NCBI GenBank assembly: GCA_046546095.1
Contig: JBKGYK010000001.1
Span: 19,941 to 83,940 of the forward strand
DNA from: Bacteroidales bacterium
Lineage (GTDB): Bacteria; Bacteroidota; Bacteroidia; Bacteroidales; ML635J-15
Direction: 5' to 3'
Length of the DNA: 64,000 nucleotides
The position numbers and the translations under genes are program-made. The notes under the pieces are model-generated. The model was not told the origin of the DNA and made no database searches. It was given only the letters and a program-made list of their open reading frames with translations. Positions 41,182-49,485 of this stretch are shown here, one piece after another; position 1 is the stretch's first letter; every line of letters begins with the position of its first letter.

Positions 41182-42627
41182 ATGAAACCGCTGGTAATCT
41201 TTTTCATCGCTGCACTGACAACATTTTCTGCCAGTGCCCAAAGCCTGGAGGCATATTTCCATCATGCCGGATTCGATTCGCCTGAAGGACCCTATATTGA
41301 AACTTATCTCAGTACAATCGGTCGTACAGCTACCTTTGTAAAAACCGACAAAGGCTATCAGGCCAATATTGAAATCACCATGCTGTTTAAACAGAATGAC
41401 AGCATTCGATCATTCAAAAAACACATCATCAACAGTCCGGTGATTGAAGATTCTCTTAAAAAACGCCCAAACTTTGTTGATGTTCAACGCATACCACTTG
41501 AACCAGGCAGGTATGATCTGGAAGTCATCATCAGGGATGCCAATAAAACAACAAGTTCTTACCTGATAGAAGATGAGTTCAATCTCAACTTCCCTGATGG
41601 AAAGCTGGCTTTTTCAGGTTTTCAGCCTGTGGAATCTTTCACAAAAAGTGATGAGGCATCAGTTTTAACAAAAAGCGGGTTAAAAATGGTTCCTTATGTA
41701 TCGAATTTCTATCCCGGCAATATTGATAAACTGAATTTTTACATTGAATTGTATAATGCTGATAAAGCCATTGGAGAACCTTACCTTTTGAAATATTACA
41801 TTAGTGAATACGAAAACAAAGAAACTGTAGAAAGCATTGGACGCCATAAACGCATGGAAGCCAAAGCAATCACTCCGGTTACAGGACAACTTGACATCAG
41901 TGATCTTAGATCCGGCAATTACGAAGTGATGGTTGAAGCCATAAGCAAAGAAAATGAAATCCTTGCTCAGACTGCTTACTTTATTCAACGCAGCAAACCC
42001 GTTGATCTGGCAGAACTTGAGGATATGGACAATTTTGAAATGAACAAAATGTTTGCCGGCAAAATGGACAACAAAGACTCCCTGATTTATTACATCAGTA
42101 GCTTGCGCCCCATCGCCAATGAAAGAGAAAAGCGTTTTATTGACAGGGAAATGCAGGGCACTGATCTAAACTTTATGAAGCGATTTTTCTACACTTTCTG
42201 GTATGACAAAAATCCTCAGGATCCCGGCGGAGAATGGAAGGTATACCGAAAACAGATTGGCATCACAGAAAAGCTCTTCGCTACTCGCAACAAACACGGA
42301 TTTGAAACCGACAGAGGCAGAGTATATCTGGAGTACGGGCCGCCCAATGATGCCTATTCCAATGATCACGAACCCAGTGCATATCCATATGAGATATGGT
42401 CGTATTACAGAGCCGGAGATCAGCGCAACAAGAAATTTGTATTTTACAATCCCAATCTTGCCGGAAAAGATTATGAATTATTGCATTCCAATGTACGCGG
42501 GGAATTGCAAACCCCAAACTGGGAACGTTATTTGAGTAAACGAAATAATGACCTCTACAATCAGGACATCATGCAAAGTGATGATCAGTGGGGCAGCCGC
42601 GCCAGGGAATATTATGACAGTCATTGA
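41182..42627 (+). CDS. GWxTD domain-containing secreted protein
   Basis: 481 aa with a signal peptide. C-terminal KHGFETDRGRVYLEYGPPN...YPYEIWSY matches the GWxTD signature with W replaced by F. Confidence 0.7.
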   Translation: MKPLVIFFIAALTTFSASAQSLEAYFHHAGFDSPEGPYIETYLSTIGRTATFVKTDKGYQANIEITMLFKQNDSIRSFKKHIINSPVIEDSLKKRPNFVDVQRIPLEPGRYDLEVIIRDANKTTSSYLIEDEFNLNFPDGKLAFSGFQPVESFTKSDEASVLTKSGLKMVPYVSNFYPGNIDKLNFYIELYNADKAIGEPYLLKYYISEYENKETVESIGRHKRMEAKAITPVTGQLDISDLRSGNYEVMVEAISKENEILAQTAYFIQRSKPVDLAELEDMDNFEMNKMFAGKMDNKDSLIYYISSLRPIANEREKRFIDREMQGTDLNFMKRFFYTFWYDKNPQDPGGEWKVYRKQIGITEKLFATRNKHGFETDRGRVYLEYGPPNDAYSNDHEPSAYPYEIWSYYRAGDQRNKKFVFYNPNLAGKDYELLHSNVRGELQTPNWERYLSKRNNDLYNQDIMQSDDQWGSRAREYYDSH

Positions 42628-42632
42628 TTTCT

Positions 42633-43604
42633 ATGAAACCGGAAATACTCAAAGGAATTAACAGCGAATATCTTTTCTTCCCGGACAAAGAAGAAACCAT
42701 TCTGTCGGCCGGGAAATTCTCCACCACATATCTGGGTGCAGACAGCAGTGCAAAAAGGGTCATTATCAAACAGTTGAACCCAAGATTGGCAGAAGATGAT
42801 CAGGCCCGCTACCGTTTTCTTGTCGAAGCCGGTATCAGGATTAAGCATCCGGCCATTGTCAGAGCGATTGATTTGATAAAAACCAGGGATACATATTTCA
42901 TTATCCAGGAATATATCCACGGCACAGACCTCAAAACCCTGATAAAGCGGGGTGATTTCAAACACAATTCCCTTCTGGCCTGCCGCCTGTTAATTCCACT
43001 GTTGGATGCCATTGCCGCTATTCACCGGAAAAACATCATTCACCGTGATATAAAGCCATCAAATATTCTGGTAGCATATAAACCCGGCACCGGCGATATC
43101 GACTGGCATCATCCCGATGTTAAGCTGATTGATTTTGGTTTATCAAAAACAAACGACGGCATACCACTTTTTCCCGGAAGCAAAAAACGACACCCCTTCC
43201 CCATTCTGTATGCAGCTCCGGAAGTCGTTCTGAACCGGGAAGACCTCACAGATGAACGCTCTGATTTATACAGCCTTGCCCTGGTAATGATGGAAATGTT
43301 CACCAGCCAGCCTGTTTTTTATGCTGACAACCCGGCAGCCATTATCACAAGACAGATATCTGACATGCCACGACGACCTGCCAAAATGTACCCCAGGTTT
43401 TATGAGATTTTCCGGAAGGCAGCAGCAAAACAGAAGTTTCACATCTCCCCTTCCAAATTACCGCCTGAGAGGATAACGGAAATCCTCAAAGATGGGTTGA
43501 ATGAGCGCTACGATTCTGCCGAAGCAATGCATCAAGACCTGATGCAATTTATGCGCAAGCCGGGCGAAATGCCCAAAGGTTTTTTTCAACGTATTTTTAA
43601 GTGA
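42633..43604 (+). CDS. Hanks-type serine/threonine protein kinase, catalytic domain only
   Basis: VIIKQL (Lys), HRDIKPSNIL, IDFGLSK and YAAPEV. The track start is a TTG at 42624 that overlaps the GWxTD stop; the first ATG is at 42633. Confidence 0.85.
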   Translation: MKPEILKGINSEYLFFPDKEETILSAGKFSTTYLGADSSAKRVIIKQLNPRLAEDDQARYRFLVEAGIRIKHPAIVRAIDLIKTRDTYFIIQEYIHGTDLKTLIKRGDFKHNSLLACRLLIPLLDAIAAIHRKNIIHRDIKPSNILVAYKPGTGDIDWHHPDVKLIDFGLSKTNDGIPLFPGSKKRHPFPILYAAPEVVLNREDLTDERSDLYSLALVMMEMFTSQPVFYADNPAAIITRQISDMPRRPAKMYPRFYEIFRKAAAKQKFHISPSKLPPERITEILKDGLNERYDSAEAMHQDLMQFMRKPGEMPKGFFQRIFK

Positions 43605-43826
43605 TAAGAAATTCGCTCTCTTGATGTAAATAGCACCGGATTGAAGTTCACCGCCTCAGCCAGGTTTGCGTTGTAGCAAGCCCAGGATACCACCCTGCAG
43701 GTCGTACCGCACAATACACACCTGAACCATGAACATGAAAAATTCATGAATAATGCCTGCCATATCAATATGCATTGGATATATGGCTCCGATGTAAAAA
43801 CCTGCTGGGATATAGAAAAAAAACTT

Positions 43827-43834
43827 TATATTTG
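43827..43834 (+). promoter_or_regulatory. -7 box (TATATTTG) for the cytochrome bd operon
   Basis: Perfect TAnnTTTG match, 20 nt before the DUF4492 ATG at 43855. Confidence 0.5.
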
Positions 43835-43854
43835 ATTTCAAGATAAGATCAGTT

Positions 43855-44094
43855 ATGTCGGTTTTTAAAAGGATTTTTCAGTTTTATTATCAGGGATTCC
43901 GCAACATGCCCCGCTGGGGTAAACAATTATGGGCCATCATTTTATTTAAAGGTATTGTAATTTTCATCCTCATACGTTTTATCTTTTTCCCAAATTATCT
44001 AAACAAAAACTTTGATTCGGATCAGGAACGTGGTGAGCATGTATTGGAACAACTAACGAATAAAAAAACAAACAATGACACTACTAAGCATTGA
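43855..44094 (+). CDS. DUF4492 small membrane protein (cyd-operon associated in Bacteroidota)
   Basis: 79 aa with FQFYYQGFRNMPRWGKQLWAIILFKGIVIFILIRFIFFPNYL. Overlaps cydA by 20 nt. Confidence 0.7.
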   Translation: MSVFKRIFQFYYQGFRNMPRWGKQLWAIILFKGIVIFILIRFIFFPNYLNKNFDSDQERGEHVLEQLTNKKTNNDTTKH

Positions 44095-45649
44095 CTGGGC
44101 GCTGGTAAACTGGTCACGGGCACAGTTTGCACTCACTGCCATGTATCACTGGATTTTTGTGCCGATTACCCTCGGTATCCTGTTCATCATTGCCTTTATG
44201 GAAACCCGGTATGTTCAAACGGGCGATCCCGAATGGAAACGCATCACAAAATTCTGGATGAAGCTCTTTGGAATCAACTTTGCTCTTGGGGTAGCCACCG
44301 GACTGATTCTTGAATTTGAGTTTGGTACAAACTGGTCAAATTATTCTTGGTTTGTCGGAGATATTTTTGGTGCACCACTTGCCATTGAGGGCATCATGGC
44401 ATTCTTTATAGAATCCACTTTCATTGCAGTGATGTTTTTTGGATGGAATAAAGTGAGCAAAAAGTTTCACCTGACAGCCACCTGGCTAACCGCTTTGGGA
44501 GCCAATCTTTCAGCCCTTTGGATACTTGTAGCCAACGGCTGGATGCAATTCCCTGTCGGGATGGAGTTTAATCCGGACACGGCCCGCAACGAAATGGTGA
44601 ATTTCTGGGAAGTATTCCTCAGCCCGGTAGCAATCAACAAATTCACGCATACCATCACCAGCGGCTATGTGCTGGGATCCATTTTTGTCATTGGGGTTTC
44701 CAGCTGGTTTCTGCTCAAAAAACGCGAACAATTGCTGGCAAAACGAAGCATCATCATTGCCTCTGTATTTGGTTTTATTTCCCTGCTGGCAGTAATTTAC
44801 ACGGGCCATGGCTCTGCCCAGGAAGTGGCAGACAAGCAGCCCATGAAACTGGCAGCCATGGAAGGTTTGTACCAGGGTAGCGAAGGTGCCGATCTGATTG
44901 GCATCGGTATACTCAATCACAAAAAAGAAATCAACGATGGACAGGAAGCCCTCAATTTTCAGATTGCCTTTCCCAAAATGCTGTCATGGCTCAGCTTTGG
45001 CGATACCGATGCATATGTACCTGGCATTGAGGATCTGCTCAATGGAAGTGAAAAATACGGCATAATGCCGGCAGAAGAGCGCATGGCACGCGGTGATACT
45101 GCTGTCAATGCATTGAAAAAGTACAAAGAAGCCCGGAAATCAGGCGATACGGAAACGGCCAAAAACTCACTGGCGCTGTTTGAAAAACATTACGACCACT
45201 TTGGATATGGCTATATTCAAACCAAAGAAGAACTGGTGCCTCATGTTCCACTGGTTTTTTACTGTTTTCACTATATGGTAGCCACAGGCTTCCTGTACAT
45301 TCTGCTTTTCCTTGTTTTCCTCTGGCTTGCCATCACCAACAAAATAGAAAAAATCAAATGGGGCAAACCATTGTTTATCTTTGGTATCATATCAATTCCA
45401 ATGGTTTTCATTACCAGCGAAGCCGGCTGGGTCGTTGTTGAAGTGGGCAGACAACCCTGGATTGTCCAGGATCTTATGCCTGTTTCTGCCGCTGTCACCA
45501 ACATATCATCCAATTCAGTGCAACTAACATTCTGGATATTTGCTGTGATTTTTACCGGATTGCTGATTGCCGAGCTGAACATCATGACCCGCGCCATCAA
45601 AAAAGGCCCGGCTAAAAAAGAAGTTGAACAAAAAACCAGGGAGGAATAA
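44075..45649 (+). CDS. cydA: Cytochrome bd ubiquinol oxidase subunit I
   Basis: 524 aa with QFALTAMYHWIFVP, a Q-loop, and EVGRQPWIVQDLM. Confidence 0.95.
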   Translation: MTLLSIDWALVNWSRAQFALTAMYHWIFVPITLGILFIIAFMETRYVQTGDPEWKRITKFWMKLFGINFALGVATGLILEFEFGTNWSNYSWFVGDIFGAPLAIEGIMAFFIESTFIAVMFFGWNKVSKKFHLTATWLTALGANLSALWILVANGWMQFPVGMEFNPDTARNEMVNFWEVFLSPVAINKFTHTITSGYVLGSIFVIGVSSWFLLKKREQLLAKRSIIIASVFGFISLLAVIYTGHGSAQEVADKQPMKLAAMEGLYQGSEGADLIGIGILNHKKEINDGQEALNFQIAFPKMLSWLSFGDTDAYVPGIEDLLNGSEKYGIMPAEERMARGDTAVNALKKYKEARKSGDTETAKNSLALFEKHYDHFGYGYIQTKEELVPHVPLVFYCFHYMVATGFLYILLFLVFLWLAITNKIEKIKWGKPLFIFGIISIPMVFITSEAGWVVVEVGRQPWIVQDLMPVSAAVTNISSNSVQLTFWIFAVIFTGLLIAELNIMTRAIKKGPAKKEVEQKTREE

Positions 45650-45652
45650 CGT

Positions 45653-46804
45653 ATGATAACCACAGCCATTTCACATCTTGCATTGCAACAATACTGGTGG
45701 GTGCTGATAGCCCTGCTGGCCGGATTGCTTGTCTTCCTGCTCTTTGTTCAGGGCGGACAGTCGCTGATTTTCAGCATGACCCGTGATGACAATGAACGCA
45801 CCATGATGCTCAATGCCATGGGCAGAAAATGGGAAACAACATTCACAACCCTGGTAACATTTGGTGGTGCATTTTTTGCATCTTTCCCTCTGTTTTACGC
45901 CACAAGTTTTGGCGGCGCATACTGGATGTGGCTTGCTATTTTACTTTCGTTCACAATTCAGGCTTTCAGCTATGAATACCGAACCAAGTCAGGAAATATT
46001 TACGGGAAAAAATTCTTCAATTCCCTGCTGTGGATCAATGGCATGTTCGGTCCTTTCCTGCTGGGCATTGCCGTGGGAACTTTTTTCACCGGCAATGATT
46101 TCCTGATGGTTGACAGCGATATTCGCGAAAGCTTCTGGCAAAATGACTGGCGGGGTTTGGAATCCCTGGCCGACTGGCGCAACCTCGCACTTGGCTTTAC
46201 CCTGGTTTTCCTTTCCCGAATTTCGGGTATTTTGTACTTCATCCATGTCATTGATGATGAGAGCCTGATCAAAAAAGCAAAAAAACATCTGGGATACAAC
46301 ACTCCTTTCTTTCTCCTGTTTTTCCTGACATTTGTTACCGCATTGTTGCTTAAAGACGGTTTTGCAGTAAACCCGGAAACAGGAGACGTAAGCAGGGAAG
46401 CGTACAAATATCTGCACAACTATCTGGAAATGCCGGTGGCGCTCATTTTGTTTATTCTGGGTGTAGCTGCCGTACTGTTTGGTGTTTTCAGAACCCTTCT
46501 GAAGAAGGATGCCGGCGACAAGGCGTTCTGGATTACAGGACCGGGAATTGTGCTGGTGGTGATGTCATTTTTCTTCGTGGCCGGATTCAACAATACAGCA
46601 TTTTACCCCTCCACTTATGATCTGAACTCATCCCTGACCATACAGAATGCTTCCTCCAGCCTCTTTACCCTGAAAGTAATGAGCATAGTTTCTTTACTGA
46701 TTCCTTTTGTGGTAGCATACATTGCCCTGGCATGGCGCTCCATCAACAAGAACAAAATCAATAAGGAAGAACTTGAGGACAAAGACAATTCACATGTTTA
46801 CTAA
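45653..46804 (+). CDS. cydB: Cytochrome bd ubiquinol oxidase subunit II
   Basis: 383 aa, polytopic. Starts 3 nt after cydA and is preceded by a GGGAGGA Shine-Dalgarno-like sequence. Confidence 0.95.
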   Translation: MITTAISHLALQQYWWVLIALLAGLLVFLLFVQGGQSLIFSMTRDDNERTMMLNAMGRKWETTFTTLVTFGGAFFASFPLFYATSFGGAYWMWLAILLSFTIQAFSYEYRTKSGNIYGKKFFNSLLWINGMFGPFLLGIAVGTFFTGNDFLMVDSDIRESFWQNDWRGLESLADWRNLALGFTLVFLSRISGILYFIHVIDDESLIKKAKKHLGYNTPFFLLFFLTFVTALLLKDGFAVNPETGDVSREAYKYLHNYLEMPVALILFILGVAAVLFGVFRTLLKKDAGDKAFWITGPGIVLVVMSFFFVAGFNNTAFYPSTYDLNSSLTIQNASSSLFTLKVMSIVSLLIPFVVAYIALAWRSINKNKINKEELEDKDNSHVY

Positions 46805-46821
46805 TCAAAATCCGAACAGAC

Positions 46822-46965
46822 ATGAAATACACATATGAAATATTACAACTGATCGCCTGGCCCGTCCTGATTTATGTCAGCTACTTCATTTCCATGAGAA
46901 TGATTGACAGATTTGAAAAAAAAATCAAAACAGATAAACCGACCAGATCAGAAAATCAGAAATGA
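46822..46965 (+). CDS. Unlisted 47-aa single-TM ORF after cydB (candidate small bd-oxidase accessory subunit)
   Basis: Manual translation: MKYTYEILQLIAWPVLIYVSYFISMRMIDRFEKKIKTDKPTRSENQK. It starts 17 nt after the cydB stop, and its TGA overlaps the ATG of the next gene (ATGA). It falls below the track's size cut-off. Confidence 0.4.
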   Translation: MKYTYEILQLIAWPVLIYVSYFISMRMIDRFEKKIKTDKPTRSENQK

Positions 46966-47345
46966 TGAAAAGCAAACAAGGATTATTTCTTCTCCTGGCG
47001 GCTATTGTGATGGTTTCCGCGGGATGTAACCGCAAACTTCCATGCGAAAAGATATCTTCGGATAACAGCTTTTACCGTGCCAGCGGTGTGGCTTTCAGTC
47101 AAAGACGCGATATGGCCCAGGAGAAAGCGCTCAATGTAGCCAAGCGCAATCTGGTAAAGGAAATAGCCACGGACATGCATAAAAAAACCGGCGTTAATGA
47201 AAAGTTGCTGATGGATACACTCAAGAAAGGCATTACAATACAGGAAATGGAAGTTGTCTGTAAACATACTGACCGCCACAAGGGCTCATTTCGCTGCAGC
47301 CTGGCCATAGAAATGCCTGTAAAACGATTTGAAGATATTGGTTAG
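46962..47345 (+). CDS. Hypothetical lipoprotein
   Basis: 127 aa with signal peptide and lipobox VSAGC. The helical A/K-rich middle (AQEKALNVAKRNLVKEIA) is vaguely LPP20-like. Confidence 0.6.
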   Translation: MMKSKQGLFLLLAAIVMVSAGCNRKLPCEKISSDNSFYRASGVAFSQRRDMAQEKALNVAKRNLVKEIATDMHKKTGVNEKLLMDTLKKGITIQEMEVVCKHTDRHKGSFRCSLAIEMPVKRFEDIG

Positions 47346-47763
47346 CTGAAGTGTAAAAACAAGATATTGCAGGGCGGGAAAATACATCGGGAAATAACAT
47401 CAGTCAGCTGCTCATACCTGACCTTATCAGGCAGAAAAAAACCTCTCATAAGAAAGTGCAATCTATTCATGCAATATGTCCCTTGATTAAAATCCTGGCC
47501 AGCTATGAATTTTTACATATTTCAGTTTTCCTAAACAAAGGAAATCACTATTAAAGATTTCGCAAATATCTGAAAATCAATTAACGCATTCAACTACAAT
47601 TGTTTATTATAGGGATACTCTTCTTACTGTTCGGCAACCGTTTGCCGTAAGAAACACAGGGCATTTCGAAGCCCCAAACCATCAAAATGCCAGTGGTTTT
47701 TTCAATCTTATATAGCTCAAACCTGCCTGCCAGCCAGGTTTGCTACTTTCTTTATTATGTTTT

Positions 47764-48579
47764 TTATTGGGTGTTGCCAGATGAGCTATCATTGATATAA
47801 TTAACTATTTCAATTACAGGTGCTGTCCAAATGGTATCTCTGTTTTCCTTTAAATATTCAAGTAATTTTCGATGTTCATTTTTATCAAGCACTGATGAAT
47901 GCCCCTCGTCTATACCATGAAAAACAAACACAATTAACATTTCTTTCTTCCTGGCTTTATTGATAAACCCAACGAGTTCATCATAAGAGTAACCATCAAC
48001 AGGAATAGCTCTGATATTAAATAAATCTATATTGTTTAAAGAATTCATGCCAGGAGTAACTCCACGGGCAGCAATAAAATCTGAATGTAAATCAGACATA
48101 TATAAAGAGTCTCCGGCAAATTTATTGCCACATGGATAGGCATAAGTTCTTTCTGTCTCACCATCAACAAGTTGAAACAATGTATTGGCTAGTCTGATTT
48201 CATCCAGAATTCGGTTAATCGAATAATTATCCATATCATAATCTGATTTCACCCATTCATTTCCTTTTGTTTTACTGTTACACGGATGAAATAACGAGTG
48301 ATTACCCAGTTCATGCCCATTATTTGCCAGACTCCGCCATTCTTCAATTCTATTATGAAAAGAAACGGCATTTCCATAGACATAAAATGTTGCATTCAAT
48401 CCTAATGAGTCAAGTAAGGGTGCAACAATATCAAGATGACAACCCAAAGCATCATCATAAGTAAGAGCAACTGCACATTTTCTATCGTTCCATTTTACTG
48501 TATCTTTTTTTTGTCCATTGGCTTGGATTAAAAATATAAAGAACATAATAACGAAAACCAGGATTTTTTTTATTTGCAT
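47764..48579 (-). CDS. Polysaccharide deacetylase (NodB homology domain) family protein
   Basis: 271 aa with a signal peptide, VALTYDDA, NGHELGNHSLFH and YAYPCG. G+C is markedly lower than in the neighbouring genes. Confidence 0.85.
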   Translation of the reverse strand: MQIKKILVFVIMFFIFLIQANGQKKDTVKWNDRKCAVALTYDDALGCHLDIVAPLLDSLGLNATFYVYGNAVSFHNRIEEWRSLANNGHELGNHSLFHPCNSKTKGNEWVKSDYDMDNYSINRILDEIRLANTLFQLVDGETERTYAYPCGNKFAGDSLYMSDLHSDFIAARGVTPGMNSLNNIDLFNIRAIPVDGYSYDELVGFINKARKKEMLIVFVFHGIDEGHSSVLDKNEHRKLLEYLKENRDTIWTAPVIEIVNYINDSSSGNTQ

Positions 48580-48926
48580 ATTCTTTTTATTTAGCTAATC
48601 ATTAGTGAATGTGTTATTATATTCAATTGTCCGGTAAAACCTCCAGCTCTCAGGCCTGCTTGCAATTGCGTGCATATAGCGTTTGGCATTTCGATGCACT
48701 TTCCTATCAGGTTGCCGTTTCATTTATAACGTTTTATGTTGTTTAAAATCCATCAATTTCATCCTTTGTTTCTCATTACTTCTTGAACTAAATCCGCCAG
48801 CCAGCGGATAGCCTGTTCACCCAAAGATAGTCATATTCTTTGGTTCTACATCAAATTCACATGCCTAAGGCAGACAGGAGTGGGTAATGATTGAATTATT
48901 AATTTTGAGTGAAAATAACGAATTAG

Positions 48927-49082
48927 AATATCAGGGCTAAAGCCCATTCCATCTTTCATGTGCTTATCACCCTGACCTGAAGGCCAGGGTTAATTACTCG
49001 AAGGCATATTCATCAAAAAAAACCCGTCCTTTAGGGCGGGGTTTTTAAGGCGAAAAACACAATGGGCTTTAGCCCTGATATT
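48927..49082. repeat. 156-bp element: perfect 22-bp terminal inverted repeats around a 112-bp core
   Basis: AATATCAGGGCTAAAGCCCATT (48927-48948) against AATGGGCTTTAGCCCTGATATT (49061-49082), exact reverse complements. Each arm contains GGGCT-AA-AGCCC. Confidence 0.9.
49015..49046. terminator. Bidirectional intrinsic-terminator-like hairpin inside the IR element
   Basis: A8-CCCGTCC-TTTA-GGGCGGG-G-T5. On the plus strand there is one G.U pair and a T5 tail. On the minus strand there is one A.C mismatch and a T8 tail. Confidence 0.6.
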
Positions 49083-49485
49083 ATATTTGATAAAATATTC
49101 CACGGAAATTGCAGTAGAACCTAATTTTTTTATGATGATTGCATATCTGATGATTAAAAAACCAATTCATATCTGCGAAAAAGAACAACACCAACGATCC
49201 TGGAGCAGGCAGAAATTGCGGTCATGAATTTGAAACCCTCATCGACAAGTTATCAAGCCAGATAAGAATGAGCAGACAAAACAAAAGGAGGTTGCCCACA
49301 GAGCGAAAAATTATCACAAAACCCGAAGCAGCAATGTCTATACCGGAATTCAGTGCTTGCAATCAGTTGCAAATAATATTTCCTGGCTGGTGAGCCAGGG
49401 TTTATCCTTTTAATAGCAGGTATTTTCATGACAACAATCCAACACTCCTTCTGAAAATATTCAAAACTGGCAATACTGAGCATGT

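Noticed and set aside
43657-43669. The 13-mer CAGCCAGGTTTGC is shared between the cyd upstream region (43657-43669) and the deacetylase 3' flank (47731-47743), which could suggest a REP-like family.
   Set aside because: About 30 exact 13-mer repeat pairs are expected by chance in 64 kb (N^2/2/4^13). The surrounding similarity is short, so two copies are not enough to call a repeat family.
43656-43841. A 61-aa hydrophobic minus-strand ORF divergent from the cyd operon.
   Set aside because: It occupies the cyd promoter region (the -7 box at 43827-43834 lies inside it). It has no recognisable promoter or motif, and a second overlapping 60-aa ORF in another frame suggests chance.
47620-48720. 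GGCATTTCGA(A/T)GC and a GGCAACC/GGTTGCC pair on both flanks of the deacetylase gene, considered as possible terminal repeats.
   Set aside because: The pieces are in inconsistent relative order and orientation. A 13-mer with one mismatch plus an 8-mer is within chance for two flanks of several hundred bp each.
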